NCBI GenBank assembly: GCA_964474885.1
Contig: CAYYWO010000002.1
Coordinates: forward strand, 1 to 60,198
Direction of reading: 5' to 3'
Length of the DNA stretch: 60,198 nt
Source of the DNA: Candidatus Hadarchaeota archaeon
GTDB taxonomy: Archaea > Hadarchaeota > Hadarchaeia > Hadarchaeales > JAWBSP01
A program made the translations under genes and the position numbers. The notes under the pieces were generated by a model, which saw nothing but the letters and a program-made list of their open reading frames with translations, was not told the origin of the DNA and searched no databases. Positions 9,838 through 18,686 of the stretch are shown here, piece by piece (position 1 is the first letter of the stretch; the number at the start of each line of letters is the position of its first letter).

Positions 9838-10219
9838 GCTCGATCTCCACGATCCCGCCGGATTTCCTTATCTTTATCCAGTTCGGAGAATCCAAGCACA
9901 TTCGCGGGATCCGCACCTGAGTGAAAACTACTACTCTGTGTCCTTCCCATCTCCCCTCGATCCGCGTCAGGCAGTTCTCCGGGATGAAGATGAGGTGCAG
10001 GTGCTCAAAAGGTACCCTCACCAGTGCCACACAGTTCGCATCCGTTTTCTCACAGCTTGAGATGATGTGAGCGAGCTTTTGCATGAATATGGTGAGTTCG
10101 GCCTGCTCCGTCTGGGACCGAATCTGACCGTGCACTTGAAAGCATGCGCCCGTGAGAATCAAGTAGACGATCGGGGCCGAGATCAGCCGGTGCAGGTAAA
10201 GCTCACCTCTCCTCCACAT
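9830..10219 (-). CDS. Pilin-like protein with class III signal-like N-terminus
   Basis: MWRRG|ELYLHRLISAPIVYLILTG; alternative start at 10240. Confidence 0.55.
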   Translation of the reverse strand: MWRRGELYLHRLISAPIVYLILTGACFQVHGQIRSQTEQAELTIFMQKLAHIISSCEKTDANCVALVRVPFEHLHLIFIPENCLTRIEGRWEGHRVVVFTQVRIPRMCLDSPNWIKIRKSGGIVEIEHG

Positions 10220-10565
10220 GGAGAACCCAACCCCCCTCATCCACGAGGCGGATCTCGTACTTCCCCGGACCCAGCTGCAGGTTTTCGGAAAAGGGAACGG
10301 GAAGCTGCTCGGACCTCCTGGGCTCCCCCTCTACCAGCAGAACCGCCACCCTCCCTGAGATCTGCAGTCTGGCCTGCTGAAGGCAGAAGCTAGCCCTACC
10401 CTTGGAACATGCCCCATCCACCGCTCCCAAGAACTCGTTGAACTCCCGCACGGCGGAGACGAGCCTCTCCCTTTGCTTGTAAAGCTGCAGGGACTCCTGA
10501 CCCACCATGCCTATCAGGCAGCAGGAAAACACACTGACCAGCATCCAGACTGGAAAAGACTCCAT
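10203..10565 (-). CDS. Pilin-like protein
   Basis: MESFPVWMLVSVFSCCLIG hydrophobic N-terminus, then helix and beta-rich domain. Confidence 0.55.
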   Translation of the reverse strand: MESFPVWMLVSVFSCCLIGMVGQESLQLYKQRERLVSAVREFNEFLGAVDGACSKGRASFCLQQARLQISGRVAVLLVEGEPRRSEQLPVPFSENLQLGPGKYEIRLVDEGGWVLHVEER

Positions 10566-10569
10566 TCCC

Positions 10570-10938
10570 TCACTCCAGGGCTACCTCCCCTTCCCAAGGG
10601 AAGTACCCATTCCTCGTCACCCTCACGCTCGCGAGCAGGATATCCGAGGGCAAGTAGAAGGTGTAAGAGTTCGAGCTGGCGCCCAGCGTGTGGGCCTTCA
10701 TACCTCCATCGTACGTCACTGTCACGGTGGCCCCTCCCACAGGCTGTCCTGTTTGAGCATCGTAAACCATCACCCTAAGCCTGTGCCCGGAGATGGAGAA
10801 CCTGACATCAAGCTCCCTCAGCATGGCGGCCTCAGAGGTCCGGACGAACTGCATCAGGACCGAGAGGCATATCATCGCTATCGCCAGGGAGATGACCAAC
10901 CTGAGCGGCATTTCAGTCAGTTCTCCTCTCTCCTCCAT
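10570..10938 (-). CDS. Pilin-like protein with carboxypeptidase-regulatory-like beta domain
   Basis: MEERG|ELTEMPLRLVISLAIAMICL; VYDAQTGQPVGGATVTV and TRNGY beta-sandwich motifs. Confidence 0.65.
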   Translation of the reverse strand: MEERGELTEMPLRLVISLAIAMICLSVLMQFVRTSEAAMLRELDVRFSISGHRLRVMVYDAQTGQPVGGATVTVTYDGGMKAHTLGASSNSYTFYLPSDILLASVRVTRNGYFPWEGEVALE

Positions 10939-10988
10939 CGCCGAGAATGGGGTGGAGCCTCCTTTTAAACTGGTATCAACTCGCTTTG

Positions 10989-11261
10989 ATGCCGTGGGTT
11001 TACATCCTCACCGATGAAAGCGGGAAGCTGTACGTCGGCTGCACCAAGAACCTGCGGACCAGGATAGAGCAGCACTTGGCGGGGAGGGTCCGGTACACCA
11101 AGGGATGGAAGAACCTCAGAGTCGCTTATGCGGAGGAGCTGCCTTCTTTCAGGGAGGCGCGAAGGAGGGAGAAGGAGCTCAAGCGATTGCCACGGAAGAA
11201 AAAGATCGAGCTGATCGAGGGCTCAAGGCTCCCCCAAAGGGTCCAGATCTTACTTCCCTAA
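10989..11261 (+). CDS. GIY-YIG nuclease (UPF0213-like)
   Basis: VYIL...LYVGCT..L..R..QH..G...YT, ARRREKELK. Confidence 0.88.
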   Translation: MPWVYILTDESGKLYVGCTKNLRTRIEQHLAGRVRYTKGWKNLRVAYAEELPSFREARRREKELKRLPRKKKIELIEGSRLPQRVQILLP

Positions 11262-11490
11262 GTTAACAGTTATCCGTTTGGTCGCACAGTGGGGCGAAAT
11301 CGTTAATACCCCAGCTCTTGCGAAGAGTGGCCTACGAAGTTACCTACACCTGAGAGGGGCAAATCTAGTTTCCCGGCAGGATCACGCGGATGCTGAGGAC
11401 CGTTTCATACCGTGGGAACGAAAATTGATTCCACTGGAATTTTTCAAGCCCCATCGCTAATTTTCGGACAGAAAGCTCGCGTTAAGAGTT

Positions 11491-11504
11491 GAAAGCATTT
11501 AAAT
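11491..11504 (+). promoter_or_regulatory. BRE/TATA promoter for the secreted hydrolase
   Basis: GAAAGCA-TTTAAAT about 20-25 nt upstream of ATG 11523. Confidence 0.5.
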
Positions 11505-11522
11505 CTTGGTAGACAGTCTGCG

Positions 11523-12494
11523 ATGAAGGTATTAGCCCCTGCCTTCTTGGCCTTGTTGCTCTTCGTCATCCCAGTTTCCGCCCTTGATCTGCCCCAAGCA
11601 TCTCAGCAAAACGACATAAGTGTGATCGACGTGCACTTCAAGAATACAGAGGGGTGGGAGCTTGCGGCTACCATTTACTGCCCGCCCGGGGGCGGAAAGC
11701 ACCCAGCAATCGTCTTCTGCGGTGGGTGGTGCTCTCAGAGATCCATGTATAGCTGGATTGGTGAGGGGCTCGCTCAGCGTGGTTACATCGCCATGCTTCT
11801 GGATCCGACAGCGACCGGGGACTCGGAGGGGGTCTTGCCAGACTGGACCGTACCTTTCTCGGAAAATATCTTAGGGATACCGTTGCGTCCAGGGGCAGCT
11901 ATTGAGGGCCCCTTACGGCTGGCGCAGGGGGTCTGGCGGCAGGACGTCTGGGACGCCATAGACTACCTCCTGAACCAGAGCCCAGTCAGAGAAATGGTAG
12001 ATGAGTCGAGGATCGGCATTGCCGGGCACTCGTTTGGTGGAGTGGCCGTCACCTCCACACCCCTACACCCGAAAGTGAAAGCAGTGGTAGCCCTCTCGGA
12101 CGTGAATCCCGCGACAGTAGGGGAACTGGGTGAACTGGGGGTACCCTTGCAGATTCAAACCGGAGATTTCGATATATTAATAAACGATCAGCTTAATCCG
12201 ATACCTTGCTACAGACTGGCCAAACCACCCAAGGAGCTCATAGTCATAGCCGGAGGAACACACGATGGCTTTAGCAACCTGCTCTATGGTTATTACCCTG
12301 CCCCTCCCTGGCAACGCGAGGTCTCCATGCGTTACATGGCTGCTTGGTTTGATTATTTCCTGAAGGGGGACACTTCTGCACTTGGGACGTTGACTTCTTG
12401 GGATAAGCATCTCTCCCGCTTGCACCTCTCCTGCTACAACTTTGGAGACGGTGAGCATTACCTGCTCCCGGAGCTAGACGTGCAACTTCCCTAG
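11523..12494 (+). CDS. Secreted alpha/beta hydrolase, dienelactone hydrolase/cutinase-like
   Basis: Signal peptide; GHSFGG nucleophile elbow; TGDFD; GGTH; AAWFDYFLKGD. Confidence 0.8.
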   Translation: MKVLAPAFLALLLFVIPVSALDLPQASQQNDISVIDVHFKNTEGWELAATIYCPPGGGKHPAIVFCGGWCSQRSMYSWIGEGLAQRGYIAMLLDPTATGDSEGVLPDWTVPFSENILGIPLRPGAAIEGPLRLAQGVWRQDVWDAIDYLLNQSPVREMVDESRIGIAGHSFGGVAVTSTPLHPKVKAVVALSDVNPATVGELGELGVPLQIQTGDFDILINDQLNPIPCYRLAKPPKELIVIAGGTHDGFSNLLYGYYPAPPWQREVSMRYMAAWFDYFLKGDTSALGTLTSWDKHLSRLHLSCYNFGDGEHYLLPELDVQLP

Positions 12495-12591
12495 CCAGGT
12501 TTGCCACACCAAAGGCTGACCGCTAAATTCAAATGCATGTCCCTACCTCCATAAATTGAGGCTCTTACCCACCACAGGATACGAGAGAAAA

Positions 12592-12666
12592 GGGGCCAGG
12601 GCCGGGATTTGAACCCGGGTCACGGGCTCCACAGGCCCGGATGCTAACCACTACACCACCCTGGCC
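12592..12666 (-). tRNA. tRNA-His(GUG)
   Basis: Cloverleaf; anticodon loop CTGTGGA; encoded G-1 and C73; TTCAAAT T-loop. Confidence 0.95.
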
Positions 12667-12943
12667 ATCAAAAAATACCCATCCCAAAATAATTCAGTTC
12701 AAAACTGCTAGAGTAAGGCCTGAGTTCCCTTGCCCACTCTCCGTTAACGTACCTTTGGTTCAGACAGTCTTTTCCCCGTCCAGCCAGCATGCACTAGGGC
12801 GCCCACCTTCATTCCCAGGCCAGCTTCCTGAGCATGCAGTCATGACCTAGTGGATTGAAGTCAGAGCTGAGCGATTTGAGAGGAGGTTTGAAAAACTGTC
12901 CCAAGCGAAAGGCTTGATGGTACCCAAAGTACCTCCGTGCACG

Positions 12944-14059
12944 ATGAAGCGTACATTTCCCAGCGCTGGACGTCTGCGAGTTGCAAGAGCGCCGGTCGTG
13001 CTCGTGGTTGCTTGCATCGCAGTGATCATCGCCGAGACTATCCTCCACCTGATCCCACCGAGACGATCTTTAACCATGCCGAGGGAGTCGAGGTCTGTCA
13101 ACGCCGCCGCTGAGCTGATTGGCGCCTATTACTACCCCTGGTATTCTGAGACGAGGCACTGGACCGAGGGCTACAAAGGAATCCCGGTGCTAGGGGAGTA
13201 CGATAGTCGCGACCAGCAGGTGATAAACACCCACATTGAATGGGCTGTCAGTAACGGGATAGACTTCTTCGCCATGAGCTGGTGGGGGCCAGGAAGCTGG
13301 GAGGACGTGACGCTGCGGGAGCACTTCCTCAAAGCAAGCTTAATCGACAGGATAAAATTTTGCATCCACTACGAGACGTGGGGTAGGTTGAAAGTGTCGT
13401 GCTGGTGGGTCAATCTCAACGACCCGGCTAATCGCGAGCGGCTGAGACAGGACTTCGAGTACCTCAGGGACACCTACTTCAACCATCCCAGCTACCTTTT
13501 GATAGACGGAAAACCTGTTGTGATCATCTACTTGGCACGGACATTCGTAGGCGATGTGAAAAACGTTATCTCCGAGCTGAGGGAGGAGTTGGAAGAGAAC
13601 GTGTACCTAATCGGCGACCTAGTGTACTGGCAGAATCCCGACGCGCCCTGGCAGAGAAGGCTGATTCAGCAGTTCGACGCGGTGACCGCCTACAACATGT
13701 ACATACCTTTCCCCGGAATAGGCAAGAACTTCGTCGACAGGGTCTCGAGGCGATACGAGGAGTGGAGGCAGGTCGCGAGTGAGCTGGGGGTCGGGTTCAT
13801 CCCTAGCGTGATGCCGGGCTTCGACGATACCGCAGTGAGGCGGGCCAAACACCCCGTCATCGAGCGCAGTCCGCAGCTCTTCAGAGATTTCTGCTCTCGG
13901 GCCCTTCAGCACCTAGATCCCAAGCTGAGCGCCGTGCTGATTACCTCGTTCAATGAGTGGCACGAGTATACGCAGATCGAACCGGCCGAGGAGTACGGGA
14001 TGACTTACTTGGAGATAGTGAAGGATGTGCTCGCCGGGACGCCCGCTTTTCAAAAATGA
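12944..14059 (+). CDS. GH99/GH71-like glycoside hydrolase, membrane-anchored
   Basis: YYYPWY, GIDFFAMSWWG, VMPGFDD, TSFNEWHEYTQIEP; N-terminal TM helix. Confidence 0.8.
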   Translation: MKRTFPSAGRLRVARAPVVLVVACIAVIIAETILHLIPPRRSLTMPRESRSVNAAAELIGAYYYPWYSETRHWTEGYKGIPVLGEYDSRDQQVINTHIEWAVSNGIDFFAMSWWGPGSWEDVTLREHFLKASLIDRIKFCIHYETWGRLKVSCWWVNLNDPANRERLRQDFEYLRDTYFNHPSYLLIDGKPVVIIYLARTFVGDVKNVISELREELEENVYLIGDLVYWQNPDAPWQRRLIQQFDAVTAYNMYIPFPGIGKNFVDRVSRRYEEWRQVASELGVGFIPSVMPGFDDTAVRRAKHPVIERSPQLFRDFCSRALQHLDPKLSAVLITSFNEWHEYTQIEPAEEYGMTYLEIVKDVLAGTPAFQK

Positions 14060-14183
14060 GCACCACTCATGCACGACGATATCTGCCTAACCACCACTAG
14101 AAAGCGGGGGAGGTACTAAATCTGAAACACACCCTCCCTTTTCATCGCTGTCTGTTCCATAGTAACAGACAAAATTGAACTCC

Positions 14184-14259
14184 TGGTGCGGCCGGCGGGA
14201 TTCGAACCCGCGCTACGGGCTTGGAGGGCCCGTGTCCTACCAGGCTAGACTACGGCCGC
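14184..14259 (-). tRNA. tRNA-Gly(UCC) with atypical C33
   Basis: GCGGCCG acceptor stem, anticodon loop CCTCCAA, TTCGAAT T-loop, encoded CCA. Confidence 0.88.
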
Positions 14260-14289
14260 TCAAAAATATTCGAGCTGGTCGATTTAGGA

Positions 14290-14940
14290 ATGATTCAGAT
14301 CGATCCCCAGCTGAAGCGGAGGTTTGAGGGGCTGGAGCTGAGGGCCTGGAGACTGGAGGGGGTGAAGGTTAAACTGCAAGATCTGGGGCTGGAGGACCTG
14401 AAGAGGGAGGTAGAGCGGCAGCTCCGGCAGAAATACACCTTGGAGAGGCTAAAGGATGAGCGCATCTTCAGAGCGTACAGGGATTTTTACTGGAGGCTTG
14501 GCATCGACCCCACGAAGGATAGGCCGGCCGGCGAGGCCCTCGTCAGGCGCGTCCTCTCGGGAAGGAGCTTGCCCACCATCAACACAGCTGTGGACTGCTA
14601 CAATCTGGCCTCCGCTGAAACAGGCATCTCCATGGGTGCCTATGATTGTTCCAGACTGAGGGGAAAACTCTGCCTCAGGCTCGCTAAAAAAGGAGAGGAG
14701 TTCTTGGGAATAGGGTTCAGGGAGCCTGTGAGGCTGAAGGGCAACGAGCCCGTGCTGGCGGACAAAGAGAAGGTCTTTGCAGTCTACCCCTACCGGGACT
14801 CCGAGCTGACCAAGATCACGCTAGATACCTCCGACATCCTGCTTGTTGCGTGCGGAGTCCCGGGTGTCGAGGGAGGGGAGCTGGAGCAGGCGGGACGGAA
14901 GGCTACTCAGTACCTCAACCGGTTTTGCCGACCTCCTTGA
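14290..14940 (+). CDS. B3/B4 domain protein (PheRS beta editing-like)
   Basis: YRDFYWRLGIDPTKDRPAGEALVRR, INTAVDCYN, YPYRDS. Confidence 0.88.
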   Translation: MIQIDPQLKRRFEGLELRAWRLEGVKVKLQDLGLEDLKREVERQLRQKYTLERLKDERIFRAYRDFYWRLGIDPTKDRPAGEALVRRVLSGRSLPTINTAVDCYNLASAETGISMGAYDCSRLRGKLCLRLAKKGEEFLGIGFREPVRLKGNEPVLADKEKVFAVYPYRDSELTKITLDTSDILLVACGVPGVEGGELEQAGRKATQYLNRFCRPP

Positions 14941-15240
14941 ACTCCGTGTGTATGCCCTCCCTCTCCACCACCAGGACCTTCCCACGTCCGTAGGCGTTGT
15001 ACCCACTCGCTCACCACCTCGGCCTTCCCTCTCAAGCTTGACCTCCCCGATCTCACCATCGCACCCCAGAACTAGCGTGACGTTCCCTCGATCAGGTAGA
15101 AAAGCTCGGGAAAGTCGTGTTTCTCCAGAACTTCACCTCTCCTCTCTGCTTGCGTGCTCCGGGCAGTAGAGGCCCACCACCAGTTGCCCTCCCTGAAGAG
15201 CACCTGCCACCTCCCCTCCTCTAAGCTCAAGCTCCTTCAT
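14935..15240 (-). pseudogene. Multiply frameshifted cupin-like gene remnant
   Basis: Frame-switching peptides WQVLFREGNW / VGLYCPEH / LEKHDFPELFYLIEG / VLVVEREGIHTEF. Confidence 0.45.
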
Positions 15241-15335
15241 GCTTGATGAACAAACCATTAAACCAGCTTCCAGCCCAAGCTACCAGTCCTTGAGGCCCCA
15301 GAACGGACACCCTCAGGGCTCGAGGATCTTTATTG

Positions 15336-16697
15336 CTACTTGAGCATTCTGGCCTCGAACTCGCGCAGGTGCCGAACGGATCTGGATACGTCCACGAAGA
15401 GCTGCCTGGCCTGCTCCACGTGCTCCTTGGTTACCTGCTTGCTACCCTGCTGGCTGGCTAGCTCTGAGGCCGGTGCTATCAGCTGCACCACGTACCTGAG
15501 CGAGGTCTGGGCACCCAAATCCGCCAAGTAATTGAGGGCCTCCTCCGTCAGGTTGACTTTCTCCGCCCTCGCTCTTATCTTCAGGATCTCCAGGATCTCA
15601 TCACGCTTGTAGGGGTAGGTGGGTATGATGAGCATCCTGTCCAGCAGGTCCAAGGGTATCCCGTGGGGGGACTGGAAATCCGTCCCCCTGACCACGGTTA
15701 CGCCACGGTTGGTAGCGAAGATGATGATGGGAGAGAGCTCCTGTTCCATCGCCTTGGTCAGGAAGGAAAAGGTCTCCACATCCAGCATGGAGCACTCATC
15801 TATGAAGACCACTCCGGGCAGGATCTCCGCTCTCCCCTGCTCGACCCACTCCTTAACCGCTTCGTCCACCGTCCTCCTCACCTCGTTCGAGATCTCCTTG
15901 CTCTCCTCGCCCCCGAACAGGAGGCTGACGACGCTCACGCCAGCCCTTGCTTGGCTCACATCCAGATCATGCAGGGTGACGGTGTAGACGAACTCCTTGT
16001 TCTTCAGGATCGGACCAGTCGGCACCTCCACGACTTGGACCGCGCTCAGATCATACCCCTCCTTCTGAGCAGCCTCCTTCGATTTGCCCAGCTTCACCAC
16101 TCTGCCTGCCTCCGGGTCTATCTGGATCACATCCCCGACTTCCACTCCCTGCCTGACCATTGCGGTGGCGAAGGCCTGATCCATCTTGAGGCGCTGGGAA
16201 GAGTCCTTTGTCGATAGCCTGACCGTCCCACCGACGGGTACCTTGACGAAAGGATTGTAGGGGTGCGGCTCCTGCTGGATAGAGAGCTCCTCTACCTTCC
16301 CCTCGTAGATCCTCCGGAGCTCGTGGATCCTGACCCCTATAGCCTTCCTGAGAGCTTGCATGAGGAACTCCGTCTTCTTCATCTCGGTCGAGTAAATCTC
16401 TGAAGCCGATATCGGGACGAAGGGAACGTCCTTTCCTAACTCCTTGGCGATGGCCAACGCCAGTGCGGTCTTCCCTGTCCCCGGTGGGCCCGCCAGGAGG
16501 ATGGCCCGTCCAGCGAACTTGCCCTTCTTCACCATCTGCACCACGATCCCTGCGGCCTCCCTCGCCGTGATTTGGCCAACCATACCGGCCGCAACCGGCT
16601 TTGCTCGGAGGCCCTCAAGGCCCAGACCTGAAATGTGAGAGTGAGCAGAGATGCGCTCCCACTCACGAAGAGCCCAAGAACTTCTCGCCTCTTCCAT
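15336..16697 (-). CDS. TIP49/RuvB-like AAA+ ATPase
   Basis: AHSHISGLGL, GPPGTGKT, FIDECSMLD, ATNRG, PHGIPLDLLDR. Confidence 0.95.
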   Translation of the reverse strand: MEEARSSWALREWERISAHSHISGLGLEGLRAKPVAAGMVGQITAREAAGIVVQMVKKGKFAGRAILLAGPPGTGKTALALAIAKELGKDVPFVPISASEIYSTEMKKTEFLMQALRKAIGVRIHELRRIYEGKVEELSIQQEPHPYNPFVKVPVGGTVRLSTKDSSQRLKMDQAFATAMVRQGVEVGDVIQIDPEAGRVVKLGKSKEAAQKEGYDLSAVQVVEVPTGPILKNKEFVYTVTLHDLDVSQARAGVSVVSLLFGGEESKEISNEVRRTVDEAVKEWVEQGRAEILPGVVFIDECSMLDVETFSFLTKAMEQELSPIIIFATNRGVTVVRGTDFQSPHGIPLDLLDRMLIIPTYPYKRDEILEILKIRARAEKVNLTEEALNYLADLGAQTSLRYVVQLIAPASELASQQGSKQVTKEHVEQARQLFVDVSRSVRHLREFEARMLK

Positions 16698-16950
16698 CGA
16701 GAATGGAGAAGGCCAAGGAGGTTAAAATAATTTTCTGCTTCAACAGAGAAGAGAGTTAGAGGTCTTGGGTGTCTTGTCAATTATGACATTCTCGTCCTAG
16801 ATGATACTGAAGCCATTTGTTATCCCACGGCACAGTCGTTGAAACAGAATTTGATAACCGGCAGAAAGATAGAGCTCTATCCACTGGTTGTCGAATTGAA
16901 GGAGAGAGTTGATTCTTTTGGAACTCTGCCAAGGGGTCCCTTTGGGGAAT

Positions 16951-18519
16951 CTATTCGCCAAGTGCACTCAGGTACAGAGTTCTTATGTCCTCATCAGATG
17001 GCAGTTTTGGTCCAGAGTATGTGCATGGGTCCTCTTTCGAGAGCTTCACAAGCCAGTCAAGTTTACTGAGAAAGTCCTTCCTACTGATACCAAACCCGGT
17101 GATTGTGGTCTTTCCACCAACTTTGTTAATAAGGGATGTTATTGCCGATACCACAGAATTCATGGAACGGCCTACGCGGAGCTCCTCGCTGACCTCCATG
17201 ACCATTTCTTTTGCCATTGCTGTGTCCTTGTAATATCGCAAAACATACGGAAGGAACAGAGCCACCGCAAAGCCATGTGGTATTCTGAAAGTCGCACCAA
17301 AGGCATGACCAAGACCATGTGCAAGTGTTGCCTGCGAATTGCCAAAGGCGAGGCCTGCAAGTGTTGCCGCATAGTGCATTTTCTCCCGGGAACTCAAGTC
17401 GCCATTATATGACCTCACCAAATGCCTGAACGTTAGCTTTATTGCCCGCAGAGCTACTGCCCGCACTATTTCATTACACCATGGGCTGAGCAGCGATTCT
17501 ATAGCATGGGAGAGCACATCCAGCCCCGTTGTCGCTACAACTTTTTTCGGAAGATTTTCAACGAAGTATGGATCAACTAGGGCGATGTCAGCAATAAACT
17601 CTCTGGTTCCAAGCCCGAGCTTCTGCTTCTCCCCTTCCCTCTTGAATGAGATCACACTAGCCCATGTGACTTCACTTCCGGTCCCGCTAGTTGTCGGTAT
17701 CAGCATAAGCTTCGCTTTCCTATGAATGTCCAGCTCCATACCCGGATCCACTCTTTCCAACGAAATACTCGGATAGTGATAGCACAACAAAATAGCCTTT
17801 GCCGCATCCATCGCAGATCCGCCACCTAGACCTATGATGAGATCGGGATTCGTCCTAGCAGCGAATTTCGCTCCCTTCCTTATGATATCCTCCGGTGGCT
17901 CGGGAGCTATTTCGTCAAACACTGAGACTTTTACATCATTCTTTTCAAGTAACGTTTTGACCTCCTCTACGAATCCGATTTTTGTCATCGTTTTATCGGT
18001 CACGATTAATGCCCTCTTTGCACTGATTCCAGAAAGAAAACTACGCACATTTCTTCCGATTATTATATGAGGTGCCAAGAACTCCGCTCTACTGAGGAGA
18101 ATTGTAGCTCTACCGCCATACTCTGAAATGACATCTTGTATTGTTCTTATGACCTCGCCCAGATATTTCCTATACCTGATAACTGTCATCAGTCCGCCCT
18201 TTATTTTTATCTTCTTTTTGAGCACCGCCGTTGTGCCAACATTCATATGCCCTTTGGCAATCCTTAAGAAAGTTCCCCACGTAAGAGTGAAGACCAGCGC
18301 GTTGCTTACCGATTTATCCGATATTCTGATATCCTCGATTATGCCGTCTTTTATCCCGACCGAGATACATAATGACCAGGGACAGTTTTCATCAGACCTC
18401 AAGTCAAAAAGCAAATTAGTCCTAAGTCCACGCCCGTACCTGATTATCTTCTCATTTCTATTTATCCTCTCTTTAACGTTCGACAAAAACTTCTCAATTT
18501 CCTTTACAGCTATTGGCAT
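16951..18519 (-). CDS. Iron-containing alcohol dehydrogenase fused to an N-terminal SCP2-like lipid-binding domain
   Basis: GLGGGSAMDAAK, PTTSGTGSEVT, GLDVLSHAIE, LAHGLGH, HG; N-terminus contains FLRIAKGHMN..TAVLKKKIKIKG; AT-rich. Confidence 0.85.
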   Translation of the reverse strand: MPIAVKEIEKFLSNVKERINRNEKIIRYGRGLRTNLLFDLRSDENCPWSLCISVGIKDGIIEDIRISDKSVSNALVFTLTWGTFLRIAKGHMNVGTTAVLKKKIKIKGGLMTVIRYRKYLGEVIRTIQDVISEYGGRATILLSRAEFLAPHIIIGRNVRSFLSGISAKRALIVTDKTMTKIGFVEEVKTLLEKNDVKVSVFDEIAPEPPEDIIRKGAKFAARTNPDLIIGLGGGSAMDAAKAILLCYHYPSISLERVDPGMELDIHRKAKLMLIPTTSGTGSEVTWASVISFKREGEKQKLGLGTREFIADIALVDPYFVENLPKKVVATTGLDVLSHAIESLLSPWCNEIVRAVALRAIKLTFRHLVRSYNGDLSSREKMHYAATLAGLAFGNSQATLAHGLGHAFGATFRIPHGFAVALFLPYVLRYYKDTAMAKEMVMEVSEELRVGRSMNSVVSAITSLINKVGGKTTITGFGISRKDFLSKLDWLVKLSKEDPCTYSGPKLPSDEDIRTLYLSALGE

Positions 18520-18686
18520 CGGTTTTTGATTTCCTCAGTAAAAATTTTTTATTCAAAATCCAGCAAGACCTCGTTGAGCGCGTTTTTCCTCGCCTCCCCA
18601 GGGTATAGTCCTGCGATGGAGAACAAAAATGTCCGTTTCCAGCTGCGATGGGCTCGACAGGAACAAAAAAGGGTAGCTCTAATTAA

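Noticed and set aside
11262-11490. 60-aa ORF or ncRNA between GIY-YIG and the hydrolase
   Set aside because: No motif, RBS or convincing structure
14221-14289. N-terminal extensions in the ORF track (B3/B4, rps13, rpoD, HhH-GPD, HemK2)
   Set aside because: They run through a tRNA or the neighbouring genes; downstream starts fit the family N-termini
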